Part shown: piece by piece, positions 13,512-25,700 of the stretch
How positions within the stretch are numbered: position 1 is the stretch's first letter
Layout: each line of letters begins with the position of its first letter
Source of the DNA: Mobula birostris
Taxonomy: Eukaryota
Reading direction: 5' to 3'
Assembly (NCBI RefSeq): GCF_030028105.1
Contig: NC_092389.1
Coordinates: 13,937,180 to 14,001,179 of the forward strand
DNA: 64,000 nucleotides
Notes under the pieces: model-generated
Databases searched by the model: none
Seen by the model: the letters and a program-made list of their open reading frames with translations, nothing else
Told to the model about the DNA's origin: nothing
Position numbers and translations under genes: made by a program

Positions 13512-15189
13512 GTCTAGAATGCTGGGGTTTAGTTGTGATTAGATTTAATTTAATTCAAACAAAAGTAGTAAATTTCATTGACTGTAAAATAATTATAAAG
13601 TTACAACAGGGAAGTGGGACCCGAGAGCTAGAGACAGCATGCATCCAACCATTACAGTCAAAATAGTTAAAGAGAGCAAGATGGTAAATTAATATGTAGG
13701 TAAATGTTTGCCATGGCATAATTTATTATACTTTTGCCTTGAGTCAGAGATTGCCCACAGAAGTTTAGGCTGATTGTCGAACTGGTATACTGAGGGATTG
13801 CTGCACAGCTGTATTGTAAGAATTTAAAATGAGAAGCCCTTTTTCCTCAGTAAAAGATCCATGGAACTACTTTAGAAAATGTGCAGGCCTGTTATCACTA
13901 GAGATTTGATCAACATCACTAAATCTGATTGCATAACTATCATGCCACAAATCGTAATGCCATACTGAAGAGGACTATTGTGATTCCTACAACAGGAACC
14001 ATACATTTCAAGTACTTTATTGGCAGCATCCATCACTAAGGACCCTCACCATCTGGATCATGCTCTCTTCTCATTATGACCAACCAAGGGGAGGTACAGG
14101 AGCTTGAAGACACACACTCAATGATTCACAAACAGCGTCTCCCCCTCCACCATGAGATTCTTGAATGATCCATAAATCCATGACACTACCTCATTACTCC
14201 TTTTTTTGCACTATTGATTTATCTTGTAATTTTATATCTTTGCACTACTGCTGTCACAAAACAATAATTTTTAAGTCTTATAATTCAGTGATAATAAATC
14301 TGATTCTATTAGCAGAAGAGCAATGCTTAAAATTTGTCTCCTGTGAAATTTTCGACTAAGTTATTGTGAATAATGACCAAGAAAAGAATCAGCTTTTACT
14401 AATGCTGAAAGCTCAAAAGGAATGCTTATTAAAGGGCCAATCGCTGTAAACCTGCTGTATAATATTATGCACACTGCTCACATTGAAGATTGACTCTGCC
14501 ATATTCCTTCAAACATTTTGCTGCAACCAAAACTGACTTAAATGGTCAAGGTATGACACTGCTTTTCAGAGGGAAATTATTTGCTTCAGGACTAAATCCA
14601 GTGTTCGCAGCCTGAGTTTCTGTGGCCAAAACCCTCAGCACCAGCTCCTTCTCGAGCTTTTCAAAATCCTTGACCAGTAAACCTATTCACAATAGTCAGA
14701 AATCTCTGGTGAGTCTCTAGTAGCTACAGGATTGCTGTTGAATGTTGTGTGCTCTTGGGCTGGCCAATAAGCTCTCAACTGCATGTCTTAAATGCAGGCA
14801 TCATCAAGAAGTTCGCTAAACATTGGGGCAATATATGAGAGAGTTGAAGAACACTTCTTCAACTGGTGTTAGCAAATATCACCTTTTAGGAGCTATCGAA
14901 AATAGTTTTGAGGAGCCAATTTTTAAAACCCAGAGGATAGTGTAGACTTTCTATCTGAACATGTCTCCCTGTTCTCTCTGCTGCTCTCACTCCCCTCTTC
15001 CTTTTAATATATATTCCTAAATGCACCTAAGTTTCCAATTATAAAGAATAGCCAGAAACAATTCCTGTAATTTACACTTTTCTTCTCTATTTTTAAGTGA
15101 ACATTTGGAATAAAAATGTTGAGCCATGCCTTGTGGTTCAAATAAAAATTGTCAGCTTGGCCCATAAAGGAGAAAGAGATAGCTCTTAC

Positions 15190-15249
15190 CTGAAACTGTG
15201 TGAGGTTCAGCTTCTGTGAAGCAAGTTGTCGAGTATATATGTATTTATA
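15190..15249 (-). promoter_or_regulatory. TATA box (TATAAATA, 15242-15249) and short non-coding exon 1 (about 15190-15220), probably of the small apolipoprotein gene
   Basis: The minus strand reads TATAAATA...ttcag|gtaaga. Apo genes typically have a short non-coding first exon. A candidate acceptor lies just upstream of the ATG exon (~10.13 kb). Confidence 0.65.
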
Positions 15250-17199
15250 CATAGCTTGATAAGGATGCTCGGGTTAAGATAAGTTTTGTTGACTAATGAT
15301 CAATAGACGCTTGCTCTTGTGTCATGAGTTTGTCAACAGTAGCACTTAGGCCAAGAATTTTGAAAGTCCTCTAGCATTTCTGCTGATCTGACATGCTGGG
15401 TGCCTTGACTTTTGAATCAATACATGCCCAGATTACTGCTGTCATGATGGATACAAGGTTGTGTTGAATTGCCCTGATTGCATAACCTTGATACCTTCTT
15501 TTTTGTATCGATATTTCAAAACAAATAGAGCAATCAGAGATATTCTAGAAATTAAAAAGCAGCCATTTGAGAATGAAAAAAGGAAACACTTTTTCACAGA
15601 AAGGACAATAGACATTCAAAATGGTCTCTTGATAACCAGGGACCAATCCAGGTTTTCAAGGCTTTGATTCGTACATATTTGATTTAGAATTTTATCAATG
15701 ATTTGTGGAACAAAGAAAATCTTCTTCATTTCTTAATTTTTACAAAGCAGCATCACTAGCAAGGCCACTGTTTATTGCCCATCCCTAATGGTTCTTGAGA
15801 AAATGGTGGCAAGCTGCCATTTACTGGGTGAAGGAATGTTCAGAATGCTGGATAGACATTCCCAAGCATTTAAATGGAGTGACCATGGAAGAACAATGTA
15901 GTCAGTCCCAAGGTCACTGTGACAAATGGTGCAACAACCCTCCTCTATTGTGCATTTGGCTAATATTCATTCAGGTCTCAACCAACCCATTTTAAGGTTA
16001 GTTGTTATGCTTTATACCTAACACTGATTGGCCTGGTGGAGTTCACTTCCTCTCCAAAACTGTATGGTAAATGACTTGCTTAGAGCTTATCTGCCCTCTG
16101 ACATGTCTTCCACATATCTTCTTCCCCCAGCCTATCCCAGGTCCACACACCAGTTTACTAGCCAACAACCCAACCAGGATGTATAGGTTTCCATGATAGC
16201 AGAGGGCCATCAAGAGAGGCCTGATCTGACAATAAGGGTACCAAGAACCCAATCAGAATTACTGCACGAATATGCAATATAAATTCTGTCTTGTTTCAGT
16301 TCCTGAGTGGCCCTAAAGGACTGCAACCTGCCTAAGGAAATGAGTAAAAACATTCTCAGGGTTTGATTTCTGTTCAACCAGAACCATTACAGTTAGTTCC
16401 TTTGCTTCTTTCCATTCACTCTGCAATTTAAAACTAATTTTCCTTCCCAATACCGATGAGGAGCCTTCAACCTAAACATTAGTCCTGTTTCTATTTCTAC
16501 AAGTGCTGCCTGAGATACTAAATGTTATTAGCATGTCCATTTTAATTTAAAGTTATTGAATTGGTGTATGTTCCTTTGTTTAATCCAGTAGATGCCTTAT
16601 TATAATTCCAAATGTGATATGGTATCTTTTTTATTTTATGGTCACCATTCTTAACTTTAACACTAAAACACCAGTGTCCTATGCTGAAGAGACCTACTGA
16701 AGATGAGTATTGAGCTTTTAAATTGAGGGATAAATATAGAAGTAACAAAGTTAGCTAGAGCACAGATTTAAGATAATTGAAAATAGCAAATGGGAATAAA
16801 GATTTTTGTACTCAACCAGTTATTATTCAAAATGCACTGCATGACGTGGTATTTTTTAGTTGGATCATGTTGTACTACACTAAAAAACTCTCTTGCCAGA
16901 AGTTAATTTGCTGTGTCCTGTTTTTTTCAGTAGTCCATTATTGAAAATTATCCACAAATTATGTTTTAACAAATTCTGGTCAATTATACCAACAGGCTAT
17001 TACTTCGAGTAGATTTTAACTTCGAAACAATATTCACTTCAGGAGGCATCCTCCTCCTTAAAACACTCCTGTTGGAGTCTTGCAGGACATCTTGGTCCTC
17101 TTTGTTCTAGGGGCAATTATTAAATGGGAATGCCTGAAACATATAGTCTCGAAATCATAACATCATGTTGGATGAGCAGCAAGATACATAAAATATTAA

Positions 17200-17590
17200 A
17201 AACACAAGAAAATCTGCAGGTGCTGGAAATCCAAAGCAACGTACACAAAACACTGGAGGAACTCAGCAGACCAAGCAGCATCTATGGAAAAGAGTAAAGA
17301 GTGAAGGTTTCGGGCCAAGACCCTTCTTCAGGACTGAGAGGGAGTGGGGGAGATGCCTGAATATAAAGATGGGGGGAGGGGAAAGAGGCTAGTTGGAAGG
17401 TGATAGGTGAAGCCAGGTGGATGGGAAAGATCAAGGGGTAGAAAGGAAGGAATCTAATAGGAGAGAAGAATGGGCAATAGGAGAAAGGGAAGGAGGACAG
17501 ATCTGGCCACTGGGAAGTTCCGCTTGTGGCACATGGTGCGGAGGTGCTTGAGAAGCGATCCCCCAACTTACCTGTATCCCAGCAACTCCC
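17200..17590 (-). mobile_element. Penelope-like fragment (pLTR plus deleted GIY-YIG piece)
   Basis: Same pLTR family sequence, with a hammerhead-like motif at 17299-17336. Confidence 0.7.
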
Positions 17591-17779
17591 AACATGCCTC
17601 CACCCAATTCCAACCAATGACCCCAACCCCTTAACTGTGCTCCCTAGTCTGTCATCTCCAATGAACTTTGCTGCCTCTACTCCTCCCCAGCTCTCATCCT
17701 GATTTTACTCTCACTCCTTCAGTCTTAATCCTCTACCCTTCTGCTCTCCAGCCTCATCCTGAAGCTGTCCGTTAAAGAG

Positions 17780-18680
17780 CAACCTGAACCCTTCAGTGGA
17801 TAAACTTCCTGAATATCACCCAAGCCTTCGGGTAAGTACCATAAATTTATCACTGAATATACTCCTTGAAGTTAGCCCGCACCCATCTTTGGGTAAAACA
17901 CTGAAACTATCCTGAATAAATATGCAGAACACCAACTGTCTGAACCGATCCCTGGGCAAACATTCTGAACTCATTGCTGGGTAGACATTTGGACCCCACT
18001 ATTGTACGAACACCCTGAATGTTCATAGTAACCCAAACCCATGAATAGATAAACACATTGAACCCATCACCTGGCAACTACCTAAATCTATCAAACGATT
18101 TAAAACCATGTCAGCGTAACTGTGCTAAACCCATAACTGGATATACAGCTTGAATCCAACCCTGCATTTAAACCTGAACCTCGGAGAAACAACGTGAACC
18201 AATGGTTAGATACCCTAAAAAACCATCTCTGGGTGTGATACCAGAGCGCCTCTCTATCTAAACATCCTGATCCCACCAAGAGATAAGCTCCCCAAACCCA
18301 CTAGTAAGCAAACACACTGAATCATTCTTGGCTGAGTAACTGTACTCAGTCCTGGGTAATTCCTCTGTAGCCATCCCTGGATAAGCACATTAAACCATGA
18401 AAAACTCTGAGGACATCCCTTAATAAATTTCCTGAAGCAATTAGTGAGTAGCTGGTCTAAACCCATTACTAGGGAGTGGCTCTGAACACATTCTTGGATA
18501 GATACTCAGAACCACCATGGGTAAATACAGTATTCTTGACTAATTCCTTGGAAAAACTTCTTCCAGCACCGGAGAACTACCTTGAAACCAGCACTTGAAA
18601 AAAGCCTCAAACCCATCTCTGAATCTTCACCTTGAACCCAGCACAGAATAAACATTTTGAACCATCCCTAGTTGTACAAT
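17780..18680. repeat. Highly degenerate tandem array, about 25-bp unit (approx. tgaacccatccctgggtaaacacc)
   Basis: Recurring tgaacc..../ctggg.aaac units, e.g. at 17941, 17966 and 17991 (period 25). Confidence 0.6.
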
Positions 18681-18994
18681 CTGAACTCGGAGGGCGGTGA
18701 GAGTGTGGAACGGGCTGCCAGTGGAACTAGTAGATTTCATATTAAATAAATATTTCCCAGCTGTGGAAAAGCTCATAGAAACTAAGGAATTAAGGGGAAT
18801 GAATAGTGATGTCTTGGAGTGTATCCACTTTGTAAAAGTGGTGCTGCCCATCCATAAGGTGTGATTATCAACAGCATAGGAAACATAGTTTACACAACAG
18901 AATATATATAACCTCATGGTCTGGCATTCTCTTGCTCTACTTTTACTGTCAAGTCGGATAAAAAAAATCACAAACATAAACATAAAACTACTAT

Positions 18995-19600
18995 CTGGTA
19001 GGCAGCCGTCAGTCCCAGGAGATGATGGGTTTGTGCCTCTGGTAGACTGTATCCTCTCCAGGGCGCAAGCCTGGGCAGGAAGATTTGAAGAACTGGCTGT
19101 TGCCCATGCAGTGGGTTCCCCCTCTCCACGTCACTGATGTAGTCCAAGGGAAGGGCAAGCACCAATACAGCTTGGCACCAGTGTCGTCACAGGTTGCCAG
19201 AGTGAAGTTGTAAACAACATCAAACTGCCTAAGGGACCCCGGCTCCGGATTTCTTCCTTGGGGTTTACTCCCGAAGCTATTCCCATGGGTGGATCTGGCC
19301 GCAAGGCAATGGAAGTTTAAAATCAGAGTTTTCCTTCTCCCAGGTGTGCTGCTGTCCAAGGCTGACGAGCCCCACCTGCCCAAAGCAACTAGTTTTGAGG
19401 GGTCAGTGGTCCACCTTTACCCCTTCTCTTGTCAGTAGAAACAGTTTTGCCGGGCCTAGTAGCTAAGCCACATGTGAAGGCCAAGAGATGGACTTGGTTG
19501 TCAGAGGCTGTTAAGAGTCGCATGCCATTTGGAGCACTTCATAGGTAGTGAGAGCTTATCCTCACTACCATCCCTGGCTATGACAACCTTAGGAACCTGA
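18995..19600. mobile_element. Interspersed repeat family (RTE 5'UTR-like); second copy at about 33900-34420
   Basis: Shared blocks ctgttgcccatgcag, cag(c/t)ttggcaccagtg, ggggtttactcc.gaagct and atcagagttt between the two loci. Confidence 0.55.
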
Positions 19601-22600
19601 AACTACTATAATTTACAAAATAAATAAAGAGTAATGCAGTAGTGTTTATGAGTTCATAAACTGTTCATAACTCTGATGTGAAAGGGAAGAAGCTGTTTGT
19701 GAATCATTGAGTATGTGTCTTCATGCTCCTGTACCTCCTCCCTGATGCTAGTAACGAGAAGAGGGCAAGGGGGTGGTGTTTCATTTTTGGGATAAAGGAA
19801 CAATCTTCGTTCAGTGAAGACTGTGTTAGGACAGGACAAGACAGCAATAAGCATGCAATAAATGGTGAGGTGCTAGCCTGATGGAGCTGCAACACAGCAT
19901 ACTGAAGAGTAAAAACATGTGATAGGCAGAGCTAAATGATCTCGCAACCATGGGATCAGATCAGAGCTCTGTAATAGTACCACACTAAGTTGTGAATTCT
20001 GGTGGACAGTCAAACAGCTAATGGGAGGAGGATTCTACAAGAATATCCTCATTCTTAAGAAAGCAGAGTTTACCATGTGAATGCTAAAGCAAATCCTGAA
20101 ATATTTACAACCATTCTCAGCAAGAAATGTCATAAAGGTCATAATTTCCTCCTGGCACCCCACCAGCATAGAAGCAGGTCTTCAGTCACCTCAGTACATT
20201 TCACATAATAAGAGCAGTGCATACTGCAAAGACTATGGAACTGGGTAATATTCCATCCATACTACTAAAGATCTGCAGTCTAGAAATAGCTGTACTTCTA
20301 ACCAAACAGACTGCACACTGGCAATTACTCAATAATGTGAAAAATTAACTAGGTATTGATAGACACAAGAAATCCTGCAGATGCTGGAAATCTAGAGCAA
20401 TACACACAATGTGCTGGAGGAGCTCAGCAGGTCAGGAAACATCTATGGATGGGAATAAACAGTCGATATTTCAGGCCGAGACCCTTCATCTGGACTGGGG
20501 ATGAGGAAATGGTCCCGGGTTCAGATCCAGCCGGCTCCTTGCACACTTTCCATCCGTGCTGGGTTGAGTGTCGAGCTAGCAACTTGGTCTCATAAAATAG
20601 ACAAATGGCAAGGTTGCCACCTGGTGTGCCAAACAAGGCATGGGGGGAGGAATTTTACTTTTCATAGGGTGATGGTTGTGATTGTTGGAGGTCTATCATC
20701 TTCAAAGCACAAGTCAGGAGTGTGAAGGACCTCCACCTTACTCTCAGTGAGTTTGGTTAAGATTACCCCAGTATGTGCTGGTGGCTACTTGAGAGTGATA
20801 CGATATTTCATAACGGAGACTTACTCCTCATCTGCTGTCCACCCACACACACCACTACTTATTCTAGCTTGTGATCAGGCCTGGGATTTTCCTGGTCACG
20901 CTGACTGAATTGCAAATACCAGGATCTCAGAATGGAAAGGAAGGAAGGGGAGTTTGAATCTCAGCTTTGGTGGGGGGGGGGGGTGACAATATTAGAGCAA
21001 CCTAAAGCAAACTGGAAATATTTATTTTAAGATAAACCAAATTACTTCCCATGGGTCTCAAGCCCTGAATTCACCACTCACAGTGACAGCATCCCTCAAA
21101 GACCACAGATCAAAGTCAAGGCCCTAGTTAGTAACATTTCAACTGATTTCAAACATTCGTTCATCTGGGGACCAAGGCTCCCCCAGCTCAGGGAACTAAA
21201 TAAACCCAAAAAGCTTACAATCGTCAAACTTCACCAACTGAGACTTGGTGGGACTAAGAAACGGAAAGGTCGGGATGGGATAAGGTAATCCTATAAAGCC
21301 CAATACGGCCCTCTCTAACACTGTGGTTTGCAGATTGAGGGAAGTCAGCTGGAGAAGGCTATTGTTGAGACCCTCATAATCTGGACCCCAGAAAGAACAG
21401 TGGGAAATCCCCATCATTCTGAACAGAGGTCAGTACATCACTGAATCATCAAGTGATGGGTTCGCTTTAGGCTTCTGATGAACTTTGTCTTTTAAAATTT
21501 TTGCACAAAACATTACACTTATCCTTGGACTTTATACAGATAATAAATTAGCACCAGGATCATCAGTTTAAAGGTAAGGGCTGCTACCTGAGGTCATGAA
21601 AGTTTGCACAGTACTTGAACAATATTTACTCTAGGTTACAATTTTACCGACCTCTCTGATTTCAGTACAAGATATCCACCAGTTTAGGAAAGAGTTATGT
21701 TATCTTTTTAAGAATTTGTTCTTTGTATAATTAACTAAAGAAAATTTAGATTTAATGCCATCCAAGCAATTCTTTGCCAGTAAGAGCTTTTGGTGAGTGA
21801 GGCAAGGTAATTGTGGATGTAAAGACTGATGTATTGGAGTGATATATGAAGTGACCAAATGACACCAAGATCAGGAACAGTCCTGAAGTTCTATTATTTA
21901 AAAATATAAGAAACTCTTGACTTTAATAACTCTTATGTCATATTGAAATGACTTCAAATGATCGCCTTTGTTGAAAGAAACCCATCCTTGTAAAATTAAT
22001 TCTGCATTTGGCAAAGAAATGTGGTTTTACAAGATGATCCACAATATACGAGTTCACAGTCATCCAAGAATGAGGGTCTGTATGACCTTGCACATCATCT
22101 ACTCCCCGCCTAATACCTCAGTTGTTTGAGTTAGGCAGAGTTTGGAGTACTCTTCTGAAAACCTATTGGGTTTACTAATGTTCTTTTGAGGAGGGAATTT
22201 ACCATCCTTGCCTGGCATGGCAATGTGATTGACCCTCAAAAAGCTCAGTACACAATTCCATTCAGAGACAATGAGGGAAAAGTAATAAAAATCTAATATG
22301 GGTTGTAACATGTTAGTGTGACAAAAATCGTGGAGTTGGTTATTACCCATGTCATTGACATCGAGGAAGTCATGTACAGTAAATAACGATGACCGAAAAT
22401 GATTGCATTGGCAATTGCAATGAATTTGAGGGTTGGGCATTTTCAAGGATATTCACATAATTTTTAACTAATTATATCGGAAATATTCCAAAGGAATGGG
22501 TGGCCAATCAAAGAGCTTCAAACAAGTCATGGTGGATGTAATTCAATCAGTTTATGGTGTTTCCCAATAGATCAGTGTTTGATGGGAGTATTTGGTAATG

Positions 22601-22792
22601 TTTCATGTCTCATAACTGTGATGTTTTTGGAAATTTAGCAGAATGTGAAAGAGCCAGGGATGAAGTACAAACAGGAAATGCATTTGGAAAGTAAGGGAAA
22701 GAAATGAACTGACAAAAGAGAATAAGCTGGGAGAAAAAGAAGAGGGAATGAGCTGGAATATTAAGAATACAGAATATGATTTGGATATCATT

Positions 22793-25700
22793 GGGGGGGT
22801 TGACTTACTTGGGACAAGCTGCGGCAGCCGGATCTCTGGCACTGAGTCTGCCGTGCAGAAGGGAGGGTGGAAGAAGAGGAGAGCGGTAGTGATAGGGGAC
22901 TCGATAGTTAGAGGTACAGATAGGAGGTTCTGTGGTCGTGACAGAGAATCCAGGATGGTTTGTTGCCTCCCAGGTGCCAGGGTCAGGGACGTCTCTGATC
23001 GCGTGCACAGCATTCTGAAGTGGGAGGGTGATCAGCCAGATGTCATGGTACACATCGGTACCATTGACGCAGGAAGAAAGAGTGAGGAGGTCCTGAAGAG
23101 TGAGTGTAGAGAGCTTGGTAGGAAGTTAAAAAGCAGGACCTCGAGGGTGGTAATCTCAGGATTGCTACCTGTGCCACGTGCCAGTGAGAGTAAGAATAGG
23201 ATGCTCGGGCGGATGAACAAGTGGCTGAGGAACTGGTGTAGGGGCAGGGTTTCAGATTTCAGGATCATTGGGGCCTCTTCTGGGGCAGGTGGGAAGAGAG
23301 ACAGGTTACACCTGAACCACAAGGGGAGCAATATCCTTGCAGGGAGGTTTGTTAGTGCTGTTGGGGAGGGTTTAAACTAGATTTGCAGGGGGATGGGAAC
23401 CAGAGTGCCAGAGCAGATAGTGGAGTGGGGGTGAAAATAAATGATGTTAAAAGTTCATGGAAAGTCACAAATAGAAGGGTTGTGTGTGGTGGTAATAATC
23501 TTCTGAGGTGTGTCTATTTCTATGCAAGGAGTATTGTGGGGAAGGCTGACAAGCTGAGGGCATGGACTGACACATTGAATTATGACATTATAGCCATTAG
23601 TGAAACTTGGCTACAGGAGGGGCAGGACTGGCAGCTTAATTTTCCAGGATTCCGATGTTTCAGACGTGATAGAGGCAGAGGGATGAAGGGTGGGGGGGAG
23701 GTGGCATTGCTAGTCAGGGAAAATGTTACGGCAGTGCTCAGACAGGACAGATTAGAGGGCTTGTCTACTGAGGCCATATGGGTGGAGCTGAGAAACAGGA
23801 AAGGTATGACCACATTAATGGGGTTGTATTATAGACTACCCAATAGTCAGCGAGAATTGGAGGAGCAAATCTGCAGAGAGATAGCAGACAACTGCAGGAA
23901 ACGTAAAGTTGTGATAGTAGGGGATTTTATTTTTCCACATATTGATTGGGACTCCCATACTGTTAAAGGTCTAGGTGGGTTAGAGTTTGTAAAATGTGTT
24001 CAGGAAAGTTTCCTAAATCAATATATTGTCACAAAGGCAGGGGCATTGGGAGCAAGGGTGGACCCAAATGTAAGACACATCTTGTGAGGTTAATTAGATT
24101 TAGTTTATTGTTCAATACCAGGAGAGCAAGGCAGGAGCAGGAGTAGCGAACTGGACAAGGACTCAGGACTACTACTAGGCTGGGACTAGGGGTCTGGGCT
24201 AGGACTCGGAATTGGATCCCAGAACTAGAGGAGACATGAAGAGGCTAGGGTATGGACTCCGAGCCAGAGACTGGGCAAGGACCCAGTACCTGGGTCTTGC
24301 CTCTGGCTCGGACCCCAGAACCAGGCAAAGACATGACATGGGCTAGGGAGAGGAGGAACATGGGAACACAGAGCCTCGGTCTCAGGAGAGCAGGTACATG
24401 TAACCATGAACACATACACAGAACACAAGCTGGGACCCCTCCTTGGGTACAGGACATAGGGCCGGGACTCATGATCCCCCGCGATGCAATGGCAAGATGG
24501 CCTGACTTACCCCAGGGAGACGAGGACAAGACAAGACAAGACATGACCCCCCCCCCCCGCAGAGCAATGGCAAGACGGCCTGACTTACCCCACGGAGGCG
24601 AGGACAAGACAAACACCAAAGAACAACACAGTTCCCATCTAGCTCCGGCGATAGAACTAGACCGAGACAGGGGGGTAGGACAGGAATCACAGACCGCCAG
24701 GGCCAGGACTTGACCAGGTACTCAGATGCTGCCAGGGCCAGGACTTGACTTGGTACTCGGATGCCGCCAGGGCCAGGACTTGGACTTAGACGTGGTACTT
24801 GGATGCCGCCAGGGTCAGGACTTGGACGTGGTACTTGGATGCCACTGGAGCCAGGACGTGGTACTTGGAACCTCCGGGTGGTGGCGAGCTCTAGATTCGG
24901 CCCAGGAACAGTAGACAGTGGCTCCTGACTCTCTCCGGCGGGTTAACTGACGGACCCACCTTGATGAGGAAACTTTGCAGGCTTGCTTCGGTGAGGTAAC
25001 TGGACAGGGTTGCTCCGGTGAGGAAAGGCGAATTACCAGCACTCGCTTCGGCAGAGACTAGGCTTGCTCCGGCCAGATGACATCGGCACACTGTACCTTG
25101 GTGACTTTGCAAACGCTCTCGCGCCGAACGGCTGAAAGCCGGAGACTATAAACTACCGGTTCAGCCGAGCGTTAATTGCCTCTAATTACCAAAGCCGAGG
25201 GACATGGGAAAACAGGGAATCAATGGTCCAGATCGTAACATAAACAAGGTAAATTTAAAGGGACCCCGATCCGGACCATGACATATATAGAGGTACCAAC
25301 TAGAGAGGATGCAATATTAGATCTCTTATCAGGAAACAAGTTAGGACAGGTGACAGAAGAGTGTGTAGGGGAACACTTTGGTTCCAGTGATCATAACACC
25401 ATTAGTTTCAACTTGATCATGGATAAAGATAGATTTGGTCCTCGGGTTGAGTTTCTAAACTGGAAAAAGCCAAATCTGAAGAAATGAGAAAGGATCTAAA
25501 AAGCGTGGATTGGGATAGGTTGTTCTCTGGCAAGGACGTGATTGGTAAGTGGAAGGCCTTCAAAGGAGAACTTTTGAGAGTGCAGAGTTTGTATGTTCCT
25601 GTCAGGATTAAAGGCAAAGTGAATAAGAATAAGGAACCTTGGTTCTCAAGGGATATTGGAACTCTGATAAAGAAGAAGAGGGAGTTGTATGACATGTGTA

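Noticed and set aside
24695-24870. ~36-bp repeats superficially CRISPR-like
   Set aside because: Head-to-tail minisatellite with no unique spacers, in eukaryotic DNA with no cas genes.
24252-25112. Several 60-150-aa ORFs with repeats
   Set aside because: They lie within the GC-rich solo LTR and arise from tandem repeats; no protein motif recognised.
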